A DNA stretch of 19,350 bases from a bacterium (GCA_037137535.1 JBAXKC010000044.1:1-19350); one strand, 5' to 3'; positions 7,976 through 15,886 are shown, numbered from the stretch's first letter. The notes: generated by a model from the sequence alone, not told the origin. Numbers and translations are program-made.

Positions 7976-9871
7976 TTAAACAAGTGCAGCGCTGGTTGAA
8001 AGGCTTTTTAATCCTAATTTATCTCTACGTTGAAGAATAATTTTTTCTAATTTATCAGCGGAACTAATAATTTCTGTATCAATAATTAACTGACCGCCAG
8101 TAATATTAACTAAATCTTCAGTTAAGGTTTTTGTAATAAGCGCACTTCCCGTAATAAAAGGAGGTAAGCCCACATGTAAAGGTAAACCTAAAGTCAGTCC
8201 GAACACACCGTCGGCTAAAGCCTGTTCTTCAAGCCATTGTGGAGCTGAAAGAACTAAAGGAAGTTCAGGAATATCGATATTTAGATATTTTGCAAGCTCA
8301 GCCGCAATTATTTCAAGTCTGCCTATTGCTAAACATGGACCGAAATTAAGAACAGGAGGAATTCCAAGTGATTTACAAACTGCTTTTAAACTATCACCCG
8401 CAAGCTCAGCAGCCGCAGGGGACATAAGTCCACAATTTTCTAATCCACCACTTGAACAACCCGCTGAAAGAACGAGAATATCTCTTTTGATTAATTCTTT
8501 TGTCAATTCAACAGTGAAAACGTCATGGCCTTTTGCAGTAAGATTTGAACAACCGACTACACCAGCTATTCCTTTAATTTTACCTTCTGCCAATAAGTCA
8601 ATTAAAGGCTTCCAGCTATCACCAAGGAATTTTTTTAATGATTTTTCACTTAATCCTGTTAAAACATCATCATGTCCATGATCTTTAGGAATGTCAATTG
8701 TTACAGATGCTCTTCTACTTAAATAGCTGCCTATTGCTTCATTAACGATAAATTGAGAACTTTCTTCAAGATTATCCCAATCTAATTCAACCATTTCAGC
8801 TTCGCTCTTTTTAGCAACGTCATCCATACAAATCATTTTTATATTCATCTCTTTAGCAATTGGCTCAAGACCGGGAATTGTGCAGTTGAATTCTGAAAGA
8901 ATAAGGTCAATTCCTCCTGTCGCAATCAATGCTTCACTTGTGTAGTTATTTCCAGCATGTCCGACAAATACTTCTTTATAGTGTTCGCCTCTGACTTGTA
9001 AATCCTGACCTACGCAAGTACAGCCAACCAATCTTAATCCTTTTGAACCAGCCTGTTTTGCAAGAGTTTTAGCTTCATCTGTAATTAAATATTCTTGAAG
9101 ATGATTAATTGAAGAATGTTGATGCCCTGTAACCATAATATTAATGTAGTCTTCATCAACAACTTTAAACCCTACAGGAGCTGTTCTGATAACAGGATCG
9201 CCCAACATAACGTCATTTAATAGGTTTACAAGGGTTAATCCGTATAAACCTGTTGATATACCTAAATTCAAGGAATGATTAAGCATATCTATAGGATCAG
9301 AGCTTAAGTTTGTTGAAGACTTTACAATTGCATCAAAAACTTCTGACTTTGCACCGCCTGGAAGGATTCCAAGCTCTTTCCATTTTTTGAAACGTGGAGC
9401 ATAAGCCATTTTTTCTACAATTTCCATTTTTTCAAATCTTGGCTTATATAAGTCATTAATTACCATATCTGCGACTTTTATTGCTTTTTTATAAATATCA
9501 TCTTCTTCAATGCCAAAAAGTTCAGCAATCTCATTTAAAGTTTCAGGACTTTTAATTGTTTTTTGCTTTTCACCATATTTTTTTAAATTTCTTGCAGTAG
9601 TTTCTATAACGTGTAAATAACAAGCAGCACCTGCCGCAATATTTCTCAGAAAGTTTCTTGCTACGATAGTATCAGCAGTAGCACCGCAAACTCCTTTTGG
9701 AGCTTTTGGAGTTATTCTGCATGGACCATTTGCACATAATTTACAGCAAACACCCTGTTGCCCAAAGCCGCATTTTACTTGTTGATGGATAACTCTGTTA
9801 AAAGAAGTTTCCATATCTTTTCCCGCTATATAATTTTGAAGTTTTGTGTCTGCCGATTTACACATTTTCAT
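7976..9871 (-). CDS. cooS: Ni-containing carbon monoxide dehydrogenase catalytic subunit (CooS family)
   Basis: D/B-cluster motif CGFGQQGVCCKLCANGPC...GVCG; C-cluster ligands TGHQH, GCTC, FNCT, GCSN, AGCS, GPCL; 631 aa; RBS AAGGAG. Confidence 0.95.
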   Translation of the reverse strand: MKMCKSADTKLQNYIAGKDMETSFNRVIHQQVKCGFGQQGVCCKLCANGPCRITPKAPKGVCGATADTIVARNFLRNIAAGAACYLHVIETTARNLKKYGEKQKTIKSPETLNEIAELFGIEEDDIYKKAIKVADMVINDLYKPRFEKMEIVEKMAYAPRFKKWKELGILPGGAKSEVFDAIVKSSTNLSSDPIDMLNHSLNLGISTGLYGLTLVNLLNDVMLGDPVIRTAPVGFKVVDEDYINIMVTGHQHSSINHLQEYLITDEAKTLAKQAGSKGLRLVGCTCVGQDLQVRGEHYKEVFVGHAGNNYTSEALIATGGIDLILSEFNCTIPGLEPIAKEMNIKMICMDDVAKKSEAEMVELDWDNLEESSQFIVNEAIGSYLSRRASVTIDIPKDHGHDDVLTGLSEKSLKKFLGDSWKPLIDLLAEGKIKGIAGVVGCSNLTAKGHDVFTVELTKELIKRDILVLSAGCSSGGLENCGLMSPAAAELAGDSLKAVCKSLGIPPVLNFGPCLAIGRLEIIAAELAKYLNIDIPELPLVLSAPQWLEEQALADGVFGLTLGLPLHVGLPPFITGSALITKTLTEDLVNITGGQLIIDTEIISSADKLEKIILQRRDKLGLKSLSTSAALV

Positions 9872-9875
9872 CTTG

Positions 9876-10310
9876 TTATGACTCCTTCTGTACTACAAAT
9901 TTGTTCTTATTTGCCAAACTTTCAAATGTAACGTTTTCTAAGTCTTGCACCATTCTTGTTTGTACTGTTCTTAACTCTTCATGAACAACACAATAATTTA
10001 AGCTGTTTAAACTACAGACTGATTTATCACCTAAACACTTGTTTATATTTATCTGACCGTCTATAATTTGAATAACTTCCAGTAACGTAATTTCGGAAGG
10101 TTTTTTTAACAAAGCGTAACCACCGTTATTCCCTCTAAAAGACTTGAGAATACCGCCATTAGTCAATTTTCTCATTATTTTAAGAGTAAATCTTAATGGA
10201 ACACGAGTATTTTCAGAAATGACATTTGCCTCTACCCTTTCATTCTCTGAAAAGCTGGTTAAATTTAGAATTATTCTTACTGCGTAATCTGCTTCCTGTG
10301 TTATTTTCAT
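9876..10310 (-). CDS. Rrf2-family transcriptional regulator, likely Fe-S binding
   Basis: MKITQEADYAVR, S.RGNNGGY.L.K.PSEITLLEVI; C-x6-C-x7-C-x2-H at the C-terminus; 4 bp upstream of cooS. Confidence 0.93.
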   Translation of the reverse strand: MKITQEADYAVRIILNLTSFSENERVEANVISENTRVPLRFTLKIMRKLTNGGILKSFRGNNGGYALLKKPSEITLLEVIQIIDGQININKCLGDKSVCSLNSLNYCVVHEELRTVQTRMVQDLENVTFESLANKNKFVVQKES

Positions 10311-10328
10311 TTTTCCTATCCGATACCT

Positions 10329-10384
10329 AAACTATACGAATTCTGTATACTTTAAATATTGACAGAAGTCGCTTTCAATGTCAA
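10329..10384 (-). promoter_or_regulatory. Promoter and putative Rrf2 operator of the rrf2-cooS operon
   Basis: Minus strand TTGACA-17 nt-CAATAT, immediately followed by the 25-bp imperfect palindrome AAAGTATAC-AGAATTC-GTATAGTTT (10353-10329). Confidence 0.6.
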
Positions 10385-10478
10385 TGGTTTAAAAGACATG
10401 TTTATATAATTTTAATTTTTATTTGCAATTGATAAATTTTTACATAAAAATTCAATCAACATAAAAAAGAGGACTTAT

Positions 10479-11417
10479 ATGAATAAACATATTATCTCAA
10501 TAATAGCCCTTTTAATGTTATTTTTTTCTCTATCATTTGAGATGTCATCAGAAAATTACAAATTAAGTTTTCCTCTGGCATGTACTATCAATAAAGACTG
10601 TTGGATATCTGCATATCCGGATGATGATAAAAGTGACGGATGGCATGATTATAAAGGCGGAACAAGAACATATAATGGCCATACAGGTACTGACATTGCC
10701 ATAACTGATATAAAAACGATGAATAAAGGCGTATCAGTTAAAGCTGCTAATAGTGGAGTTGTTCTCAGAACAAGAGATGGTGTAAACGATATAAATGATA
10801 AACGAATAGGGGTAGAGACTGTAAACAACTTTGCTTGCGGTAATGGAATCGTAACTGATAATGGTAGCGGTATAAAAATAGCCTATTGCCATATGAAAAA
10901 AGGAAGTATCAAGTATAAAAAAGGCGACTTTGTAAAAAAAGGTGATGTAATTGGGCTGGTTGGGATGTCAGGAAAGACAGAGTATCCTCATTTACATATT
11001 CAGGTATTTGAAAACAGCAAATTAGTTGATCCTAACGCTGAAAATTTATGGGAAACAAAAATCCCTTATAACGAACTTTTTATTTATCATATTGGTGTAA
11101 CAGATACAATGCCGGATCAATTACAATGCAAAGAAGGCGGATTTAATCAACAAATCATCTCTAAAAATTCTAATAAAATATATCTTTGGGCTGATATTTT
11201 TGCACCGATGATAAATGACAAAATAACATATAAAATAATTTCACCGGATAAAAACATGATTGCAAATAATTCTAAAATCATTGAAAAAAATAATGTTCGC
11301 AGATTTTTATATATGATTCATAAATCCAATTTAAAACAAGGCCTATATACAGCCATAGTTACCATAAATAGAAACAAAAAAAGCTACTCAAAATTAATTG
11401 AGTTTAATGTTAAATAA
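10479..11417 (+). CDS. Exported M23-family metallopeptidase
   Basis: N-terminal hydrophobic signal; HTGTD (HxxxD), YCHM and GMSG.TEYPHLH (HxH) motifs; RBS GAGGA. Confidence 0.9.
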   Translation: MNKHIISIIALLMLFFSLSFEMSSENYKLSFPLACTINKDCWISAYPDDDKSDGWHDYKGGTRTYNGHTGTDIAITDIKTMNKGVSVKAANSGVVLRTRDGVNDINDKRIGVETVNNFACGNGIVTDNGSGIKIAYCHMKKGSIKYKKGDFVKKGDVIGLVGMSGKTEYPHLHIQVFENSKLVDPNAENLWETKIPYNELFIYHIGVTDTMPDQLQCKEGGFNQQIISKNSNKIYLWADIFAPMINDKITYKIISPDKNMIANNSKIIEKNNVRRFLYMIHKSNLKQGLYTAIVTINRNKKSYSKLIEFNVK

Positions 11418-11590
11418 ACATATTAATAACCCTAATAAGCAATACTTAAAAAATGCTTTTATTCTAAATTAAAAATTAACAAAATCATGTTTATATTTGT
11501 AAATGTTTATCACAAAAAGACTAATTTTTTGCAATCTTTTGCGGTACAAATACTTTATATAAGTGTTAAGGTATAAGTTAGGATTAGTAT

Positions 11591-11890
11591 ATGGTTTCTT
11601 CTTTAGGACAAAAATTAAACTTATTTGCAGCAACGCAACAGGTCGAAAAACCTGTACCTTTTTCAGGAACTTCTCCTGTACAAACTAGAGAAGCCACTGC
11701 TATTCCTGTTAACGCATTTACGAGCTTAGAACAAAAATATAATGCTCAACCATTGGGTACTCCCCCAAAAATGGCAGGAATTGGAACAAGTTTTATGCAA
11801 GCAGGTGCTCTTGGAAATGAAGGAGCAGTTGCTTATGACTGCCTTGGTAAAAAAGGTGTTGTTGGCGGTGGTTTAAACCTTTTAGGTTAA
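11591..11890 (+). CDS. Small hypothetical protein (99 aa)
   Basis: ORF with genome-typical codon usage, AGGA upstream and a terminator downstream. Confidence 0.75.
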   Translation: MVSSLGQKLNLFAATQQVEKPVPFSGTSPVQTREATAIPVNAFTSLEQKYNAQPLGTPPKMAGIGTSFMQAGALGNEGAVAYDCLGKKGVVGGGLNLLG

Positions 11891-11903
11891 ATAGGTTTCA
11901 AAT

Positions 11904-11933
11904 AAAAAAGACTGGATCAAACCAGTCTTTTTT
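11904..11933. terminator. Bidirectional terminator
   Basis: AAAAAAGACTGG-ATCAAA-CCAGTCTTTTTT between convergent genes. Confidence 0.85.
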
Positions 11934-11944
11934 GTGTTTCTATA

Positions 11945-12313
11945 TTAAACAATTTTGAATCTTCTTTTTGTTAATGGTGATCGATGCCTTAAAATATCAC
12001 ATTCAGCACTATAAATATTAACGAAATTATCAAATCTAATTATATAAAAAACTGATAATATTTCCGGTTTTACTGCACAAACTGATAGTTCACCACCTAT
12101 AACATCAAGCTTCTTCTTAAAAGCCAACAAACAACCTAAAAATTTATTATTTATCTTGTTTACGTTATGCATATTGATAATTATTTTAGAATTGCCTGAA
12201 CTTAGAAGATTTCTAAGAGTAGCTCGAAAAAGACTAAGAGTTTTTCTTTCAATTTCTGTGCTTAATATATCTATTACTATGTAGCCCTCATTTTTTCTTA
12301 TTTTTATATACAT
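11945..12313 (-). CDS. STAS-domain (anti-sigma-factor antagonist-like) protein
   Basis: Pattern KIIINMHNV.KI...FLG.LL.F.KKL...GGEL.VC.V.PEI.SVF.I.RFD.FVNIY is typical of the SpoIIAA/RsbV fold. Confidence 0.8.
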   Translation of the reverse strand: MYIKIRKNEGYIVIDILSTEIERKTLSLFRATLRNLLSSGNSKIIINMHNVNKINNKFLGCLLAFKKKLDVIGGELSVCAVKPEILSVFYIIRFDNFVNIYSAECDILRHRSPLTKRRFKIV

Positions 12314-12341
12314 ACCATAACACTTTCAAGCTAAAGTTATA

Positions 12342-12378
12342 TTTAGAGGGTCTGCATAATTATGACAAACCCTCTAAA
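12342..12378 (-). terminator. Long hairpin 3' of flagellin 1 with no clear U-tract (terminator or mRNA-stabilising stem)
   Basis: Minus strand TTTAGAGGGTTTG...CAGACCCTCTAAA. Confidence 0.55.
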
Positions 12379-12394
12379 AACTATACTTTTTACC

Positions 12395-13267
12395 TTAAAT
12401 TAAACTTAAAGCTACGTTTGGTGCTTGGTTTGCTTGAGCTAAGAGGCTGGTTGATGCTTGTTGAAGAATTTGGTTCTTTGTTAAAGAAGCTGCTTCTTTA
12501 GCTACATCAACGTCTCTAATTCTTGATTCAGATGCTGACATATTCTCTTGTCTAATTGATAGAGATGTGATTGCAGAAGTAAGTCTACTTTGTAATGAAC
12601 CGATAGTTGTTCTTCTAGTTGTTACAGTGCTGATAGCAGAGTCAACTTTAGAAATAAAGCTGGAAACTTTTCCTGCACTTGAGAAAGCATCATCAAGGAA
12701 TGAACCGCTACCTACTTTGCTACCGCTATTGATACCTAATGCTGTTGCAGTAGCTTTTCCTAAAGGAGAACCGATAGTTATAGAGTTTAATGATACATTG
12801 CCCGGTGTGTAGTTTGGACCAATTTGCAATGCTAATGTTGATTGAGTTCCATCCAATAATTTAATTTTATTAAATGCGGAGGAGTTTGCAATTCTTGAAA
12901 TTTCAGATGCTCTTTGTGAAACTTCAGCTTTAATCGCAGCTCTTTCTGCTGTACCATTAGTTCCGTTTGCACCTTGAACTGAAAGATCTCTGATTCTTTG
13001 AAGGTTATCCATTACGATAGAAAGATCGCCTTCTGCTGTTTGTAAAAGGTTTACACCTGTTTGAGCGTTAGACTGAGCAACTGCTGAACCACGAGTCTGT
13101 GCTTTTAATGATTCAGAAATTGTCAAACCTGCCGCATCATCAGCAGCTTTGTTAATTCTGTAACCTGTGGATAATTTTTCAAGTGAACCTTGAACTCCAG
13201 ATGCTGCTGAACCTAAACTTCTTTGAAGCAACATTGAACTTACGTTTGTGTTTACTACGATACTCAT
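12395..13267 (-). CDS. fliC: Flagellin (copy 1, 290 aa)
   Basis: LEKLSTGYRINKAADDAAGL, LQTAEG, LQRIRDL, SRIRDVDVAKE and QILQQA motifs; ATG at 13267 after AAGGAG. Confidence 0.96.
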   Translation of the reverse strand: MSIVVNTNVSSMLLQRSLGSAASGVQGSLEKLSTGYRINKAADDAAGLTISESLKAQTRGSAVAQSNAQTGVNLLQTAEGDLSIVMDNLQRIRDLSVQGANGTNGTAERAAIKAEVSQRASEISRIANSSAFNKIKLLDGTQSTLALQIGPNYTPGNVSLNSITIGSPLGKATATALGINSGSKVGSGSFLDDAFSSAGKVSSFISKVDSAISTVTTRRTTIGSLQSRLTSAITSLSIRQENMSASESRIRDVDVAKEAASLTKNQILQQASTSLLAQANQAPNVALSLI

Positions 13268-13494
13268 ACGAGACACTCCTTATCTTGTGGGATACATCCA
13301 TGATTTACTAATCGGGCATACCTCAAGACAAAGTGTTCGCCACATCCGATAATTACACTCCTAAAGTAATTATTAGATATGCACTATTCTTAGATATACT
13401 CCGAAGACGACTAACACTTTATTACTATATATAATTTTACAGGTTATCTCTATCAACAATAATGTTGAACTTTCTATAACTAAAGTATAAAAAT

Positions 13495-13526
13495 AACAAA
13501 AAGAACCAATTTAGGTTCTTTTTGTT
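13495..13526 (-). terminator. Terminator after flagellin 2
   Basis: AACAAAAAGAACC-N6-GGTTCTTTTTGTT inverted repeat. Confidence 0.8.
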
Positions 13527-13543
13527 TAATTATTTTATTGATA

Positions 13544-14416
13544 TTAGATTAGACTTAAAGCTACGTTTGGTGCTTGGTTTGCTTGAGCTAAAAGACTTGT
13601 TGACGCTTGTTGAAGAATTTGATTCTTTGTTAAAGATGCCGCTTCTTTAGCTACATCAACATCTCTAATTCTTGATTCAGATGCTGACATGTTTTCTTGC
13701 CTAATAGACAAGGATTGGATTGAAGATTCAAGCCTGCTTTGTAACGAACCTATTGTCGTTCTTCTGGTTGTTACGGTGCTGATAGCTGTATCAATCTTTG
13801 CAATAAAACTTGAAACTTTTCCAGATGTTGAGAAAGCATCATCAAGGAATGAACCACTACCTACCTTACTGCCGCTATTTATTCCTAATGCTGTTGCAGA
13901 AGCACTTCCTAGTGGTGAACCTATTGTTATTGTATTAAGTGAAACATTACCTGGGGAATAGTTAGGTCCAATCTGAAGTGCTAATGTAGATTGAGTTCCA
14001 TTCAATAATTTGATTTTATTGAATGCAGAGGAATTTGCAATTCTTGAAATTTCAGAAGCTCTTTGTGCAACTTCTGCCTTAATCGCACCTCTTTCTGCCG
14101 TACCATTTGTTCCGTTTGCACCTTGAACAGAAAGATCTCTAATTCTCTGAAGGTTATCCATAATTACAGAAAGATCACCCTCTGCTGTCTGTAAAAGATT
14201 TACACCTGTTTGTGCATTAGATTGAGCAACTGCTGAACCACGAGTTTGAGCTTTTAATGATTCAGAAATTGTTAGACCTGCCGCATCATCAGCTGCTTTG
14301 TTAATCTTATAACCGGTAGATAACTTTTCAAGAGAGCCTTGAACTCCTGATGCTGCTGTACTTAAACTTCTTTGAAGCAACATTGAGCTAACGTTTGTGT
14401 TTACTACTATACTCAT
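13544..14416 (-). CDS. fliC: Flagellin (copy 2, 290 aa; 20 differences from copy 1 by manual count)
   Basis: Conserved flagellin N- and C-terminal motifs; RBS AAGGAG. Confidence 0.96.
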   Translation of the reverse strand: MSIVVNTNVSSMLLQRSLSTAASGVQGSLEKLSTGYKINKAADDAAGLTISESLKAQTRGSAVAQSNAQTGVNLLQTAEGDLSVIMDNLQRIRDLSVQGANGTNGTAERGAIKAEVAQRASEISRIANSSAFNKIKLLNGTQSTLALQIGPNYSPGNVSLNTITIGSPLGSASATALGINSGSKVGSGSFLDDAFSTSGKVSSFIAKIDTAISTVTTRRTTIGSLQSRLESSIQSLSIRQENMSASESRIRDVDVAKEAASLTKNQILQQASTSLLAQANQAPNVALSLI

Positions 14417-14650
14417 CCTTGATACTCCTTCTTTTATCCATACGTCATTGAACTAAAAAATACTATTTTACTAATAATGTATTCACATAAGCTCTCCTTG
14501 TGGGTAATTATTTGTAATTTTTATATATTTTTCACAAATTATTAAGGTAATTCAAATACCAAAACACCACAAAACTGATCATTGTATAATTTTTTTTAAA
14601 ACACTTATTCTTGAACAAGAAAATCAGGCTTTAAAACGTACTCCCTTTAA

Positions 14651-14683
14651 ACCGATGAGAGACGACGAAGTTACTCAATCGGT
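14651..14683 (-). terminator. Hairpin 3' of flagellin 3
   Basis: Minus strand ACCGATTGAG...CTCATCGGT followed by only a short T-run. Confidence 0.5.
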
Positions 14684-14710
14684 AGAATCTTTTTTATCCC
14701 TAATCCGCTA

Positions 14711-15589
14711 CTAACCGCCTAATAACGATAAAGCCATTTTTGGAGCCTGATTCGCTTGTGATAATAAACTTGAAGCAGCTTGTTGAAGAATTTGACTTTT
14801 TGTAAGGGATGCAGCTTCTTTTGCTACATCAACATCTCTAATTCTTGATTCAGAAGCTGACATATTTTCATATCTGATAGAAAGACTTTTGATTGTAGAA
14901 TCTAATCTATTTTGTAAAGAACCGATTGTTGATCTTCTTGAAGTTACAGCACTTATTGCAGAATCAACTTTTGCAATAAAACTTCCAACTTTAGCAGATG
15001 ATGAAAAAGCATCTTCAAGGAAAGTTTTACCGTTTATTTTGCTGCCGCTATTAATTCCTAATGATGTAGCTGTTGAATTCCCTAAAGGTGAACCGATGCT
15101 GATAGAATTGAGTGATACAGCACCAGGTGTATAGTTAGCACCAATTTGAAGAGACATTGTGGTTGAAGTTCCATTTAAAAGCTTTACTTGGTTGAATGCA
15201 GATGAATTTGCAATTCTTGAAATTTCAGAAGCTCTTTGTGCAACTTCAGCTTTAATAGCTGCTCTTTCTGATGTACCGTTTGTTCCGTTTGCTGCTTGAA
15301 CTGAAAGATCTCTCATTCTTTGAAGGTTATCCATTACTACAGAAAGATCACCCTCAGCTGTTTGTAAAAGATTTATACCTGTTTGTGCATTAGCTTGAGC
15401 AACTTGTGAACCTCTAGCTTGAGCTTTTAATGATTCAGAAATTGTTAAGCCAGCCGCATCATCAGCTGCTTTATTAATTCTAAAACCTGTTGATAATTTT
15501 TCAAGCGAACTTGACACTCCGGATGTAGCTTGTGATAAGCTTCTTTGAACCATGAGTGAACTAATGTTAGTATTTACTACAATACCCAT
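14711..15589 (-). CDS. fliC: Flagellin (copy 3, 292 aa)
   Basis: Conserved flagellin motifs; collinear with copies 1 and 2; RBS AAGGAG. Confidence 0.96.
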   Translation of the reverse strand: MGIVVNTNISSLMVQRSLSQATSGVSSSLEKLSTGFRINKAADDAAGLTISESLKAQARGSQVAQANAQTGINLLQTAEGDLSVVMDNLQRMRDLSVQAANGTNGTSERAAIKAEVAQRASEISRIANSSAFNQVKLLNGTSTTMSLQIGANYTPGAVSLNSISIGSPLGNSTATSLGINSGSKINGKTFLEDAFSSSAKVGSFIAKVDSAISAVTSRRSTIGSLQNRLDSTIKSLSIRYENMSASESRIRDVDVAKEAASLTKSQILQQAASSLLSQANQAPKMALSLLGG

Positions 15590-15592
15590 ACA

Positions 15593-15668
15593 AGAATCTC
15601 CTTATTCTTTGCATAACTTCCATGTTATAGACCCGATAACTCCGTGGCGGAAGCGTATCCTTACGCTT
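15593..15668 (-). promoter_or_regulatory. Flagellin 3 leader with CsrA/RsmA-type ANGGA hairpins
   Basis: AAGCGTA-AGGA-TACGCTT, ACGGA, ATAAC-ATGGAA-GTTAT, and AGAAT-AAGGAG-ATTCT with the SD in the loop. Confidence 0.7.
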
Positions 15669-15676
15669 ATGTGCCT

Positions 15677-15703
15677 GTATCGAACCTTGTGAAATTATAT
15701 TAA
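15677..15703 (-). promoter_or_regulatory. Possible sigma28 (FliA/SigD)-like promoter for flagellin 3
   Basis: TTAA-15 nt-TTCGATAC versus consensus TAAA-N15-GCCGATAA; lies just upstream of the first leader hairpin. Confidence 0.4.
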
Positions 15704-15782
15704 CTTATATTACGCATCGTTAATATTAGAGTTAAGATAGAAGTTTCTCATACTAGAGTATAAAGTTTTAAAAGACCTATAT

Positions 15783-15819
15783 AAAAAAACAGAGTGTTTT
15801 ACATCAAAACACTCTGTTT
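15783..15819 (-). terminator. Terminator of the tetR/Fe-S protein operon
   Basis: AAACAGAGTGTTTT-N5-AAAACACTCTGTTT with a T-run on the minus strand. Confidence 0.85.
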
Positions 15820-15886
15820 AAAATCAGGATAAACCCTTAGTATTACTTAGTTAACGACTTTTATAAAAACAAACAATTATATAAAC

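Noticed and set aside
2105..8681. Track ORFs 2105-2392, 2809-3084, 3330-3581, 4944-5132, 6304-6528, 7543-7776 and 8487-8681
   Set aside because: Antisense or out-of-frame shadows of well-supported genes, with no recognisable motifs.
12567..15134. Three similar plus-strand ORFs (12567, 13689, 14889) as a gene family
   Set aside because: They are antisense to the same region of the three flagellin paralogues, so their similarity is a by-product.
13268..15720. c-di-GMP riboswitch or invertible phase-variation switch upstream of the flagellins
   Set aside because: I could not find GEMM-type consensus elements, hix-like inverted repeats or an invertase; an Rfam scan would be needed to exclude the riboswitch formally.
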